From: Camelus dromedarius
Taxonomy: Eukaryota
Reading direction: 5' to 3'
Length of the DNA stretch: 64,000 nucleotides
Assembly: GCF_036321535.1 (NCBI RefSeq)
Contig: NC_087437.1
Span: 110,300,001 to 110,364,000 of the forward strand
This document shows, piece by piece, positions 25,347 to 39,249 of this stretch. The position numbers were made by a program, and so were the translations under genes. Position 1 is the stretch's first letter. Each line of letters begins with the position of its first letter. The notes beneath the pieces are model-generated. The model had not been told where the DNA came from, searched no databases, and saw only the letters and a program-made list of their open reading frames with translations.

Positions 25347-26783
25347 CTTGAGACAATCTGAAGATTCCTCTATGGGTGTAGCCATTGAGTATAATTTTTC
25401 CAACAGCAGTTACTACTCTGGTAATAAGCTGCCAGTTTATTTGCTTGTTTTTCTAAATTCCCCTCGAATTCTATTTTCCATCTTATATAACTGACCAATT
25501 TCAACTCATCCTTTACAGCTCTGCTCATATACCATTCTCCTTCGGAAGAAATTCGTGACCCTTGTCTGACATTCTCTTCCCACATTCTAGCTGACTAAGT
25601 CAAACCACTGTTTCTTCATCATTTGGAGAAGTTGGAGAAACTCTGTCTTGAGCATAACCTCATCCCAGGGCTGACCTTAATGGCAGGGCCATCTTCCTTG
25701 GTTTGGGTGATTTGTGGGGTCTCCCAGCTCCAGGGATCTCGGGGTCACATATTGTGCAGTAACCCAGGTCATGCAAATGAGATGGCAACACCTTTATTAC
25801 TGCTGATGAAACTTGATGCCTACTGAGTCTGAAAAGGGTTTTCTGTTGTAACACTTAAATGTTAGAGTTCAGGAAGGTCAGATGAGAAAAAAATACGAAA
25901 GTCAGAACACAAAAAAGTAATAAGCTCTCCAATTCTGGAAGCAGACCGGGTTTTTTTTTTTTTTAATCCCGTTCTTATATCTGCCCCAATTAAGGCATTA
26001 GAGAACTTTACTAAGCAGTGGAACTTACTCTTTCCCAACTGAAAAATGTAGCACTACCATACTCAGAACTGAATGGACTTGTCTGACAGAATTTACCTTA
26101 ATTATTTGTACTATATTTTTTATCTTCATGCACTAGAATGTAAACCCTGTAAGAGCAGGGAACTTGTCTATAATTTTCCTACTGTGTCTTCAGTGTCCAG
26201 GATGGGACCCGTTCAGAAGTACTCAAAACTACTTGTCAGTTAAGTGACTTGAATCAATTTCCTCAATTTCAATAAATACATGCAAATATATTTGCAGTTT
26301 CATCAAAAGCAGATGATACAATAGAATGTTTTTATTCTTCCCTTAGTTCTTTATTCCTCCTGTGCTTAACACCTCTCCTTCTAATTTCTCATTAATTCTG
26401 CAAAGAATCTCTTCCATTCCATTATTCCTCTAAGCACTCAGGTCACCTCTTCTCTACCTTGAACTTTGCATGATTTTCCTGAGCAAGTGTCATTCATACC
26501 CTTCTTTTGCCTCCAACTCCATCCTAGACACAGTGCAATTCACAAAAAAACAGTTCTGAAATACTGTGTGATTTGTGCTCAGTGCCTGAGCATGTGGGAT
26601 AAGAGAAATATATGGAGAAGATGTTGTTGCTTATACAGGGATAAGAATAAATGCTTGTAATACTCCAAGGAAGAACTTGAGGTTCAGGCAACATGTTACC
26701 CAATACTCAAGAGAGGCCATAACATCTAAAACAAATGAAAAATGCACAAACACACAAACATTTGTTAGAAAGAATGAACCATT

Positions 26784-26789
26784 TTTATT
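26784..26789 (-). terminator. Poly(A) signal, copy 1
   Basis: AATAAA on minus ~290 nt past the stop; position conserved in all four copies. Confidence 0.75.
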
Positions 26790-27079
26790 GAGAATAAGTT
26801 ATTTCCCCAACTTTAAGATGTTAGGATCATCAGTACAGATAGAGAATCATCAATATATAATAGACAATGAGAGATTAAGAGAACACTTGGAAATTAGTCA
26901 GATGATACCATGGAGCCTCAGGCTACAAAGATGCCAATCTAAAACCGGGTAATTGGAGGTCAAACCTTCTGTCAGGCATGTAATTTCTTGGATGTAGCAA
27001 TCATGGGTTATAGATTCTTGAATCAGCATTATCTATAAATGTGCCACTTCAGAGCAAATGGGGCTTGGATAGTGATGTT

Positions 27080-27382
27080 CTAACAGCAAGAAGAATAACA
27101 CGTCCTATAGCAAACTGGCCTGTAGCTGCAGTAGCCAAAGCCAGAGCCGTATCCACAGCCATATCCAGTTCCGTAACCACAGCCATAGCGGGAGCCATAT
27201 CCATGGCCGTATCCACAGCCATATCCGGTACCATAACCACACCCATAGCGGGAGCCATATCCACAGCCGTATCCACAGCCATATCCGGTACCATAACCAC
27301 AGCCATAATAGGGGCTAAATCCACAGCCATAGCTGTTTCCACAGCCATAGCCACAGGAGTTGCCATAGTAGTTGCAACACAT
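27080..27382 (-). CDS. KRTAP21-1: KRTAP21-1-like high Gly/Tyr keratin-associated protein, copy 1 (100 aa)
   Basis: [13 protein letters not shown]...[11 protein letters not shown] repeats...[14 protein letters not shown]; single exon with TATA and AATAAA. Confidence 0.9.
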   Translation of the reverse strand: MCCNYYGNSCGYGCGNSYGCGFSPYYGCGYGTGYGCGYGCGYGSRYGCGYGTGYGCGYGHGYGSRYGCGYGTGYGCGYGSGFGYCSYRPVCYRTCYSSCC

Positions 27383-27462
27383 GTTGTCAAGGGATGTGAA
27401 TTCAGGTGGGTTGAAAGAGGAGGTTTCTCAAATAGGTGTGTGTCTTCCTATTCCCTGGGACC

Positions 27463-27470
27463 TTTATATA
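27463..27470 (-). promoter_or_regulatory. TATA box, copy 1
   Basis: TATATAAA(GGTCCCAGG) on minus, ~80 nt upstream of ATG. Confidence 0.8.
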
Positions 27471-28209
27471 CTGTCAGTAATTAATAGAGCATACCATTCA
27501 TTCCCTGACTTAGACAACAAATATGTAAGCAACCATCATGTGCCAGTCACGGTTGACTATCAATAATGCCATGTTTAAATGGCTCATTATTTTGGAGACT
27601 CCAGATTTATTTAAAGAGCACCATTTTAATTGGTTCTGCCGAAGAATTGCCTCAATAGAATCATTTGCCCCAAAACCGATATCCATTTTTCAAAACCTCC
27701 TTATATATGTCTTATATTAAAAGATTTGGGGGGGATGTGGAAAAAATTTGCCCCCTTTTCTCTTTTGTATTTCCTAAATCATCTGTCTCTGTCCATAAGA
27801 AAAGAAATTTTCCTTTCTCCTTTCTTAAATCATTTCAACTTCTTGCCAGGCTTCTCCCACCCAGATACCCACTATGACATGATACCTATTGGCATCTTGT
27901 GTACAAACTAAAGATGCTGCTTATTCTACAAAGCACAAAACAGCCCCCAACAAGGAAAAATTATCTAGTTCAAAATGCTAATAGTGCTAAAAATAGAAAT
28001 CTATAAATAAGCTTCTCAATCAATAGATGTCTAAATCCAAACATAACCTGTCTTCTCCCTCTGAACAAACACTTGACCTTTCCATCACCAAACATGTAGT
28101 CAAAAAAGTGTAGTTGTTTTGTTTGTTTGATAGAGGAGATTTTTTGCTTATCTTACATGTATGGGTTTTATTTATATCACCATGTTCAGAGTAAAGCAGA
28201 CTCTAAAAT

Positions 28210-30895
28210 TTATTTTTTTATTCAAGTAAAATTTATTTTTAATATTGTGTTAGCATCAGGTATACAGTGTAGTGATTCAGTAACTTTGAAGATTATACTA
28301 TGTTATAGTTTATTACAAGTTAATTCTCAGTGCTGTATGGTGTATTCTTATTGCTTATCTACTTTATATTTAATACTTTATATCTGTTAATTGTATGGCC
28401 CTAATTTGTCACTCCTCCCTTTTCTGTCCACTTTAGTAACTGTAAGTTTGTTTTCTGTATATATGAGTCTGTTTCTGTTTTCCATATACATTTATTGTAT
28501 TTTTCTAGACTCAAATATAAATAATATGATACACTATTTGCCTTTCTCTTCCTGACTTACTTCTCTGACTTAATTCACTAAGCACAATCTCTAGGTTCAT
28601 TCATTTTGCTGCAAATGGCAATATTTCATTTTTTATGTCTGAGTTATACTCCATTCTGTGTGTGTGTGTGTGTGTGTGCCCCACATCTTCTTGATTCAAT
28701 AATCTGTCAATGGGAAACTGAGTTGATTTCATATGTTGGATATTGAGAACAATGCTGCTATGAACACTGGGGTGCATGTATATTTTCAAATTAGTGGGGT
28801 TTTTTTCCAGATATATATTCAGGAGTGGAATTGCTGGATCCTATGGTAGTCCTATTTTTAGTCTTTTTACAAAATCTCCATACTGTTTCCCATAGTGATT
28901 TCACCAATTTACATTCCATTCAACAGTGTACAAGGGCTCCCTTTCTCTACATCCTTTCCAACATTTGTTATTTGTAGATTTTGGATGATAGACATTCTGA
29001 CAGGTGATATCTTATTATTGTTTTGATTGACATTTCTCTAATAATGGGATATGTTAAGCATCTTTTCTTATGCCTAGTAGCCATCTCTGTGTCTTCTTTA
29101 GGAAAATGTTTATTCAGGTCTTCTGCTCATTTTTTTCATTGAGTTGTTCTTTTTTATATTGAGTTATATGTACTGTTGATGTAATTTGGATGTTAACACT
29201 GTATCAGTCACATCATGTGCAAATACTTTCTCCCACTTTGTAGGCTGTCTTTTCATCTCATCAACTGCTTCCTTTGCTGTGAAATAGCTTTTAAGCGTAA
29301 TCATGCCTCATTTGTTTATTTTTGCTTTTATTTCTTTTGCCTGAAGAGACTGATCCAAAAAAAACGTTGCCACAATTTATGACACAGAATGTTCTGCCTG
29401 TGCTTTTTTCTAAGAGGTTTACATTTCAAGTATTACACTTAGATCTTTAACTCATTTTGAGTTTATTTTTTTATATGATGTGGGAGAATATTGTAATATC
29501 ATTGCTTTACATGTGGCTGTCCAGTTTTCCCGGCACTGCTGGTTGAATAGACTGTCTTTTCTATATTTTACATTCTTTTCTCCTTTGTCCTAGATTAATT
29601 GGTCATAGATGCGTCGGTTTATTTCTGGGCTCTGTATTCCATTCTACTTATATATGTGTCTGGTTTTTGTGCCAATATCATGCTGTGTTGATAACTGTAG
29701 ATTTGTAGTATAGTCTGAAGTCTGGGAGGGTCATACCAACAGCTTTGTCCATTTTTCAGAAGAATGATTTGGCAAATGAAGGTCCTTTGTTGCTCTAGTT
29801 TTAGGATTATTTTTCTATGAATTTTAAGATTATTTAAGGATTTTTTTTCTAGTTATGTGAATTTTAAGATTATTTGTTCTAGTTCTGTGAAAAATGTTAC
29901 AAATAGTTTGATAGGGATTGCCTTAAAGCTGTAGATTTCTTTGGGTAGTATGGCCATTTCAATTATATTAATTCTTCTAATCCAAGGTCATTGGATATCA
30001 TTCCATTTTGTTATGTTATGTTCAATTTCCTTCATCAAAGTTTCATAATTTTCAGATTATAGGTCTTTCACCTCCTTGCTGAAGTTTATTCCTGGGGGGG
30101 GGGGTTTGATGCAATCTTAAATGGGACTTTTTTACATTCTCTTCTTCATGTTTTATTAGTAATGTATAGAAACACAACAGATTTCTGTATATTGATCTTG
30201 TATCATGCAACCTACCAAATTAATTTGTTATTTCTGATGGTTTCTAGGTGGACACTGGAGTTCTCTATATAAAATACCATGTCAACTGCACACAGTGACA
30301 GTGTTACTTTTTCTTTTTCTTAATGTGGTATATCACATTGATTGACTTGCATGTGTTGAACCATCCTTATGATCTTGGAATAAATTCAGCTTGATCATGG
30401 TGTATGATCCTTTTTTGTATTGTTGAATTTGGTTTGTTAATACTTTGTTGAAGGTTTTTGCATCTATATTCATCAAAAATGGTGGCCTATAATTTTGCTT
30501 TTTTTTTTTTTGTCTTTGTTTTTGGTATCACGGTAATCATGGTCTTATAGAATGAATTTGGGCATGTTCTCACATCTTCAATTTTTTAGAATAGTTTGAG
30601 AAGGATAGGTATAAATTCGATATATGTTTGGTAGAATTCACCTGTGAAGCCCTCTAGTCCTGGACTTCTGTTTGCTGGGAGTTTTTGAATAACAGATTCA
30701 ATTTCACTTCTAGTGATCAGTCTGTTCAAATTGTCTGTTTCTTCTTGCTTCAGCCTTGGCATTCTGCGTGTTTCTGGAAACTTGTCTAATTTCTACTAGG
30801 TTGCCCAATTTGTTGGCATATAACTATTCATAATATTCTCTTATTTTTTTTTGTATGTCTGTGATATCACTTGTTATTTTTCCTTTTTCATTTTT
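28210..30895 (-). mobile_element. 5'-truncated L1, unit 1
   Basis: Antisense L1 3'UTR and ORF2 (MEYNSDIKNEILPFAAK); internal deletion near 30315. Confidence 0.9.
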
Positions 30896-31774
30896 TTGTC
30901 AATATTGAGGTGACTTTTACAGTAATAATTGCATTGTTCCAATACCTTTCAAAAAAGAAAAAAAACTTTCCAAAAAAAGAACTAGTTTGTAAAGACCAGT
31001 ATATCATACATGCCTAATGATATTCTTTCAAAATTTAGTGAACTTCTCTTCCCCCTTTACACTGGCTACTGTCCTTTCTAGTCTTCCTTTGCAACTGGCA
31101 TCAGCTCATTTGTAAACACTATGAGAGCAGGAGACTTGTCCTTAATTTTCCTTCTGCATCTTCAGTGTCTAGGATGAGGATCTTTCAAAACTACTCAAAT
31201 TATTTACCAGTTAAGTGACTGAAATACATTTCCTCAACCTCATTGTATGCAAACAAGCATATCTGCAATCCTATTAAGAGCAGATGATAGAACAGAATAT
31301 TTTTATTCTGATTTATCCATTCCTTAGTTCTTTATTCTCATACGTATAACACCTATGTCTACTTCTAATTTCTCATTAATTCTGGGAACTACTTCTTATA
31401 TTCTGTGACTGTTTTAAGCTTGCAGGTCCCCTCTCCTCTACCTGGCATTTTTGTCATAACCTCCTGAATAGATGTCATTCCACCTTCTCTTTCCCCTCCA
31501 GCTCCATCCTAGATACAGTGAGGTTTGAAAGCACCATTCTGATGTATTGTGAGATTTGTGCTTGAGTATGTGAGTGTCTGAGCAGGTAGGGATGGAGAAG
31601 ACATTTTTCCTGGTGCAAATATAAGAAAAATATGCTTATATTATATCAAGGAAGAACTCAAGGTTCAAGCAACATGTTAGCCCAATCTATGAGAGCCCAC
31701 AATACCTCAAAAAAAAAAAAAAAAACTAATTCACCAGCAAGTATACAGAGAATTGTTAGAAACAATGAACCATT

Positions 31775-31780
31775 TTTATT
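31775..31780 (-). terminator. Poly(A) signal, copy 2
   Basis: AATAAA on minus at the conserved position. Confidence 0.75.
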
Positions 31781-32065
31781 GAGAATAAGTGATTTCCTCA
31801 ATTGCAAAATGTTGGGATCATCAATACAGTCACAACAGAGAGTCAAAAAATGAGGAGGGTAAAGGCTAACTTTTGGAAAATAGTCAGATGCTACCACGGG
31901 GCCTCAAGCCACAAAGATGCCAATAGAAAAATGGGCAGTTGGGGATCAAAGCCTCTGTCAGGCATGTAATTTCTTGGACATAGCAACCGTGGGTTATAGA
32001 TCCTGAGTCAGCATTATCTTTAGATGTATCATTACAGAAACAAATGGGGCTTGGATAGTGATGTT

Positions 32066-32308
32066 CTAGCAGCAAGAAGAATAACACGTCCTATAGCAAA
32101 CTGGCCTGTAGCTGCAGTAGCCAGAGCCAGAGCCATATCCACAGCCATATCCAGTTCCGTATCCACAGCCATAGCGGGAGCCATATCCACAGCCGTATCC
32201 ACAGCCATATCCGGTACCATAACCGCAGCCATAATAGGGGCTAAATCCACAGCCATAGCTGTTTCCACAGCCATAGCCACAGGAGTTGCCATAGTAGTTG
32301 CAACACAT
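32066..32308 (-). CDS. KRTAP21-1: KRTAP21-1-like protein, copy 2 (80 aa)
   Basis: Intact [16 protein letters not shown]...[22 protein letters not shown] with TATA and AATAAA. Confidence 0.9.
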   Translation of the reverse strand: MCCNYYGNSCGYGCGNSYGCGFSPYYGCGYGTGYGCGYGCGYGSRYGCGYGTGYGCGYGSGSGYCSYRPVCYRTCYSSCC

Positions 32309-32388
32309 GTTGTCAAGGGATGTGAATTCAGGTGGGTTGCAAGAGGAAGTTTCTCAAATGGGTGTGTGTCTTCTATTTCCCTGGGACC

Positions 32389-32396
32389 TTTATATA
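32389..32396 (-). promoter_or_regulatory. TATA box, copy 2
   Basis: TATATAAA on minus. Confidence 0.8.
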
Positions 32397-33159
32397 CTGT
32401 CAGTAATTGACAGACATACCATTCATTCCCTGACTTAGACAACAAATATGTAAGCAACCATCATGTGCCAGTCACAGTTGACATTCAATAATGCTTTGCT
32501 TAAATAGCTCATTATTTTGGAGATTCCAGTTTTATTTAGAGAGCATCATTTTAATTGTTTTTGTTGATAAATTGTCTCAGTAGAAGTATATGCCCCAAAA
32601 CTGACACCCATTTTCGAGAGCTACTATTATTTAACATGTATCTTTTAGTAAAAGATTTTGGGGAATGTGTAGAAAAACTTGTCCCCCTTTTGTCTCTCAC
32701 CTTTCCTAAATCATCTGCCTCTGCCTGTAGGAAGAGAAATATTCCTTTCTCCTTTCTTGAATCATTGAAACTTCTTGCCAGGCTTCTCCCACCCAGATAC
32801 CTACTATGCCAGATACCTATGGCATCTTGCATAGAAACCAAAGATGCTGCTAATTCTACAGAGCATGAAACAACCCCCAAAAAGGGGGAAAAATATCTGG
32901 CCCCAAATGTGAGTAGTGCTAAGAATAGAAATCTGGATTTATAGCTATGCCTTCTCAATCTAGAGATGTCTAAATCCAAACATACACTGTCTTCTCCCTC
33001 AAAACACACACTTGACCTTTCCATCACCAACATATAGTCAAAAAAGTGTAGTTGTTTTGTTTGTTGGTTGGTTTGATTTGGGAGATGTTTTGCTTATCTT
33101 ACTTGTATAGGTTTTACTTATATCACCATGTTCAGAATCAGGCAGACTCCAAAATATGT

Positions 33160-33587
33160 TTTTCTTTTATTCAAGTAAAATTGATCATCAACATTGTGTT
33201 AGTTTCAGGTGTACAGCTTAGTGACTCAGTATTTTTGAAGACTATATTATAGGTTATTACAAGACATCACACTATATGGTGTATTCTTATTGCTTATCTA
33301 TTTTAGTACTTGATGTCTGTTAATCCCATGGCCCTAATTTGTCTCTCCCCCCATCTCTATCCCCTTTGGTAACCACAAGTTTGTTTTCTGTGTCTATGCG
33401 TCTGTTTCTGTTTTGCATATACCTTTATTTTATATTTTCAAATTCCTCATATAAGTGTTATCGTATGCTATTTGTCTTTGTCTGGCATGTTTCTCTGACT
33501 TGATTCACACAGCATAATATTCTCTGGGTTCAACCATTTTGCTACAAATGGCAACATTTCATTCTTTATGACTGAGTAATACTCCAT

Positions 33588-33621
<34 letters not shown>

Positions 33622-36110
33622 CCACATCTTCCTAATTCAATAATTTGTTGATGGGCACTTGAGTTGCTTTCATGTGTTGTATATTGTAAACAGTGCTACT
33701 ATGAACATTGGGGTGCATGTATATTTTCAAATTGATGTTTTTATTTTTCTAAATATATATGCAGAAGTGGAACTGCTGGATCATATGGTAGTCTTAGTTT
33801 TTTAAGGAAACTCCATACTGTTTCCACAGTGATTGCACCAATTTACATTCCTACCAACAGTGTACTTCTCTCCTCATTCCCTCCAACATTTGCTATTTGT
33901 AGATTTTGGATGATAGCCATTCTGACAGGTGATGTCTCATTATTGTTTTGGTTTGTATTTCTCTACTAATGGGGTATGTTGAGCACTCTTTTTGTGCCTT
34001 ATAGCCATCTCTATGTCTCCTTTGGAAAAATATCTATTTAGATATTCTACTCATTTTTTGATTGAGTTGCTCTTTTTTATATATATTAAGTTGTATGTGC
34101 TGTTTATATAATTTAGATTAACACCTTGTCAATCACATCATTTGCAAATATTTTCTCCCATTCTGTATGTTGTCTTTTCATCTGATTAGCTACTTCCTTT
34201 GCTGTGCAATAGCTTTTAAGTGTAATTATGTACCAGTAGTTTGTTTTTGCTTTTATTTCTTTTGCCTTGGGAGATAGAGTCAAATAAATATTGCCACAAT
34301 TTATGACAAAGAATGTTCTGCCTGTGTTTTCTTCAAAGAGGTTTATTTTTTCACGTTTTACATTTAGGTTTTTAACCTATTTTGAGTTTATGCTGTATAT
34401 GGTATGAGGGAATATTTTAATCTCATTGTTTTACATGTGGCTATCCAGTTTTCCTAGCACCACTGATTGAAGGGACTGTCTTTTGTCCATTGTATATTCT
34501 TTCCTTCTTTGTCATAGATTAATTGGCCATAGCTGTGTGGGTTTTCTGAGCTCTGTATTCTGTTCTACTGATATATGTGTTTTACTTTGTGCTAATACCA
34601 TGCTGTGTTGATTTCTGTAGTTTTGCAGTATACTCTGAAGTCTGGGAGGAATAGTCCTTCAGCTTGTCCATTTTTTTGAAGTGTGCTTTGGCAAATGAGG
34701 GTCTTTTGTTGTTCTAGGACTATTTTATTAGGATTATTTAGGGATTCTGTGTTCTAGTTCTGTTAATTTTAAGATTATTTCTTCTAGTTCTGTGAAAAAT
34801 GTTATGAGTAGTTTGATAGAGATGGCATTAAATCTGTAGATTTCTTTGGGTAGTATGGCCATTTTAAGAATATTAATTCTTCCAATCCAAGGCCACTGGA
34901 TATCTTTCCATTTCTTTATATTATTTTTGATCTCATTCATCAAAGTTTTATAATTTTCAGGCTATAGGTTTTTCACCTCCTTGTTTAAGTTTATTCCTGG
35001 ATGGGTTTTGTTGATGTGATTTTAAGTGAGATTTTTTGCTTTATATTCTCTTCCTCATGTTTTGTTATTAGTGTGTAGAAACACAATAGATTTCAGCATA
35101 TTAATCCTGTACCATGTAACCTACTGAATTCATTTGTTAGTTCTAATGGTTTTGGGGTGGACACTGGAGTTTTCTATATAAAGTACCATGTCATCTGCAC
35201 ACAGTGACAGTGTTACCTTTTTGTTTCCAAATTGGATTTTTAAAAATTTTTTTGTTTGTCTATTGCTGTGGCTAGGACTTCCAATTCTATGTTAAGTAGA
35301 CATGGTGAGACTGAGCATCCTTGTCTTGTTGCCAAATTTAGAAGAAAGCTTTCAGCTTTTTACCTTTGAGTACTATGTTGGCTGTGGGTTTGTCATAAAC
35401 AGCCTTTTTATGTTAAGCTATTTTCCCTCTATACCCATTTTGATGAGAGTTTTTATCATGAATGGATGCTGAATTTTTTCAAATGTTTTTTCTGCATCTA
35501 ATCAGATGATCATGTGGTTTTTGTCCTTCTTTTTGTTGTGTACTATATCACAATGATTGATTTGCATTCATTGAGCCATTCTTGTAACCCTGGAATAAAT
35601 TCAATGAGATCATGGTGTATGATCCTTTCTTCATTTGTTGAATTTTGTTTGTTAATACTTTGTTGAGGATTTCTGCATCTATACTCATAAAAGATAATGG
35701 CCATTTTTTTTTTTTTTTTAGTGCCTTTGTCTGATTTAGATATCAGGGTAATTGTGGCCTTGTAGAATGAATTTGGGAGTGTTCTCTCATCTGCAGTTTT
35801 TTGGAATAATTTGAAAAGGATGAGTATCAGTTCTTCTTTCTAAGTTTGGTAGAATTCCATTGAAGTTCTCTAGTCCTGAACTTATGTTTGCTAGGAGTTT
35901 TTCGAATTGCAGATTCAATTTCACTTCTAGTGAGAAGTCTGTTCAAATTGCTTGTTTCTTCTTAACTCTATCTTGGCATTCTGTATGTTTCTAGAAACTA
36001 TTCTCTTTTTCAGTTGTAGAATTTGTTGGCATATAACTATTTACAGTATTCTCTTATACTTTTTTGTGTGCCTGTAATGTCACCTGTTATGCATCCTCTT
36101 GCATTTCTTA
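33160..36110 (-). mobile_element. 5'-truncated L1, unit 2 (most complete copy)
   Basis: ORF 34734-34943 ([35 protein letters not shown]) is L1 ORF2; same insertion and truncation points as unit 1. Confidence 0.92.
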
Positions 36111-37867
36111 TCAAAATGAAGTGACTTTTTTACAGTAACAACCATAAAATCCAAGTTGGAAAAGAGTACAAACTGGGAAGATGATTCCTTCTACAGGACA
36201 CTCACATTGTGACAACAATAATAAGTTATGATCCAGTAATTTATGGCGTGCCTTCAACAGGAATTTTCACGAAGCTGCCAATTTCATTTTCTGAGAACAT
36301 TAATTATTAGGCAATTTTCTTTTAGGTGATGAATCTTTTTATTTTTCTGATATTGGTCATTGGTATAATATGATCACTCTACCATGTATAATCTCTAAAA
36401 ATAGGATAAAGAAAATATATGTCCATCTCAATTTTTATTATTCTTCAGTTTCTATTATTTTCCATCCTCTTTGAAAGTCAAAATTATCAATTTTAATGCA
36501 CAAATTCTCTGAAATTAGCCACTTTACTTTCAGTAGTGCCAACACATTCTTTCTTGCCAAAATACCCCTGAATTATTGAAAAGTTTCTTATCTTTAGTGC
36601 ATCACTTCTAATACCTTTCCATTCAAACCTCTGGATATTGATGCATAGTAACAGAGAAAATGTCTATGCTGTGCATCACTGAATAACCAGCACAGAGAAC
36701 AGTGCCTGGTGCATAATTTGTACTCAGTCAACATTTCATCAGTTAAAAAACGGGTGAATTAATTCAAACACTGGTGTGTCCCTCATAGGCTATAAGATAC
36801 TTGGATGTATTACCACCATTATCTCATTTTTCTAAAGCTGAATGTATCAACTGCTCTTTAACTAAGAAAGTCACAACATTTCAGATTGTCAAGGTATGTG
36901 AAGAGCTCATTTGTGAAGATCCTTTTCTGGATATATAAATTATTTCATACATGCCTAATAAATGGAATTATATTCTTCCAAAACTGAGTGAACTTCTCTT
37001 CCCCCTTTACACTTGCTTCTGTCCTTCCTAGTCTTTCTTTGCAACTGACATCAGCTCATTTGTCACAACTTCAAAATACCTCCCTGAACTATTCCTCTAA
37101 CACTTTAATCTTCAGCTCTTTCCCATTAAGCTGTTGTAATCCCTCCACAGCAAATGTCTGACAGAATGTATCTCCATTATTTTTACTATTTTTTATCTTC
37201 ATCTACTAGAATTTAAACACTGTGAGAGCAGGAAACTTGCTCATGATTTTGCTTTTGTGTCTTCAATGTCTAGGATAAGAACCTCTCAAAAATATTTGTC
37301 AATTAAGTGACTGAAATCAATTTCCTTACCTCAGTTTATGCAAAAAAAATCCGTAATTTTATCTAAAGCAGATAATATGATAGAATATTTTTATTCTAAC
37401 TCATTTTTTCCTTAGTTCTTTATTCTCAAGTGTTTAACACCTATGTCTACTTGTAATTTCTCATTAATTCTGGAAACTACCTCTTATATTCCATGACTCC
37501 TTTAAGCTTGCTGGCCCCCTCTTCTCTACCAGGGACTTTATTGTGACTCCCTGAATATGTCATCCCACCATTTTGTTCCCCTCCAGCTCCATCCCAAATA
37601 CAATGAAGTTTGCAAAGCACCATTCTGATATATAGTGAGATTTGTGCTTGAGTATGTGAGTGTCTGAGCATTTGGGGTATGAGAAATGCATGACGAAGAC
37701 ATTTTTTCTGATACAAATGTAAGAAAAATATGCTTATATTATGTCAAGGAAAAATTCAAGGTTCAGGCAACATGTCAACCCAATATTCAAGAGAGTCCAT
37801 AATACCTCAAAAAAAATACTAATTCACAAGCAATTACACAGAGAATTATTAGAAACAATGAACCACT

Positions 37868-37873
37868 TTTATT
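37868..37873 (-). terminator. Poly(A) signal, copy 3
   Basis: AATAAA on minus at the conserved position. Confidence 0.75.
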
Positions 37874-38157
37874 GAGAATAGGTGATTTCCCAAACTATAA
37901 AATGTTAGGATCATCAATACAGTCATAACAGAGTCAGAGAATGAGGGAGTAGAGGATAATTTTTAGAACATTATCAGATGTTATCATGCAGCCTCAAGCC
38001 ACAAAGATGCCAATCGAAAAAATGAGAAATTGGAGGTCAAAGCTTCTGTCAGGCATGTAATTTCCTAGGCATAGCAATTGTGGGTTATAGATCCTTGAAT
38101 CATCATTGCCTTCAGATGCGTAATTACAGAATCAAATGGTGCTTGGATCGTGATGTT

Positions 38158-38400
38158 CTAGCAGCAAGAAGAATAACACGTCCTATAGCAAACTGGCCTG
38201 TAGCTGCAGTAGCCAAAGCCAGAGCCATATCCACAGCCATATCCAGTTCCATATCCACAGCCATAGCGGGAGCCATATCCACAGCCGTATCCACAGCCAT
38301 ATCCGGTACCATAACCGCAGCCATAATAGGGGCTAAATCCACAGCCATAGCTGTTTCCACAGCCATAGCCACAGGAGTTGCCATAGTAGTTGCAACACAT
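38158..38400 (-). CDS. KRTAP21-1: KRTAP21-1-like protein, copy 3 (80 aa)
   Basis: Intact ORF; one amino acid differs from copy 2 (GSGFGY vs GSGSGY). Confidence 0.9.
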   Translation of the reverse strand: MCCNYYGNSCGYGCGNSYGCGFSPYYGCGYGTGYGCGYGCGYGSRYGCGYGTGYGCGYGSGFGYCSYRPVCYRTCYSSCC

Positions 38401-38480
38401 GTTGTCAAGGGATGTGAATTCAGGTGGGTTGCAAGAGGAAGTTTCTCAAATGGGTGTGTGTCTTCTATTTCCCTGGGACC

Positions 38481-38488
38481 TTTATATA
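38481..38488 (-). promoter_or_regulatory. TATA box, copy 3
   Basis: TATATAAA on minus. Confidence 0.8.
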
Positions 38489-39249
38489 CCGTCAGTAATT
38501 GACAGACATACCATTCATTCCCTGACTTAGACAACAAATATGTGAGCAACCATCATGTGCCAGTCACAGTTGACATTCAATAATGCTTTGCTAAAATAGC
38601 TCATTATTTTGGAGATTCCAGTTTTATTTAGAGAGCATCATTTTAATTGTTTTTGTTGCTAAATTGTCTCAGTAAAATCATGTACCCCAAAACTGACACC
38701 CATTTTCAAAACATTCTATTATTTAACATATATCTTATAGTAAAAGGTTTTGGGGAATGTGTAGAAAAATGTGGCCCTTTTTGTCTCTCACCTTTCCTAA
38801 ATCATCTGCCTCTGCCTGTAGGAAGAGAAATATTCCTTTCTCCTTTCTTGAATCATTGAAACTTCTTGCCAGGCTTCTCCCACCCAGATACCTACTATGC
38901 CAGATACCTATGGCATCTTGCATAGAAACCAAAGATGCCGCTAATTCTACAGAGCATGAAACAATCCCCAATAAGGGAAAAAAAATCTGGCCCCAAATGT
39001 GAGTAGTGCTAAGAATAGAAATCTGGATTTATAGCTATGCCTTCTCAATCTAGAGATGTCTAAATCCAAACATACACTGTCTTCTCCCTCAAAACACACA
39101 CTTGACCTTTCCATCACCAACATATAGTCAAAAAAGTGTAGTTGTTTTGTTTGTTGGTTGGTTTGATTTGGGAGATGTTTTGCTTATCTTACTTGTATAG
39201 GTTTTACTTATATCACCATGTTCAGAATCAGGCAGACTCCAAAATATGT

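Noticed and set aside
36870..36940. ttgtcaaggtatgtgaa (also ~42398) matches the KRTAP 5'UTR ttgtcaagggatgtgaa at 16/17 nt, next to GAGCTCATT
   Set aside because: No Gly/Tyr coding remnant is adjacent and the spacing does not fit a gene relic; cannot be separated from chance by eye
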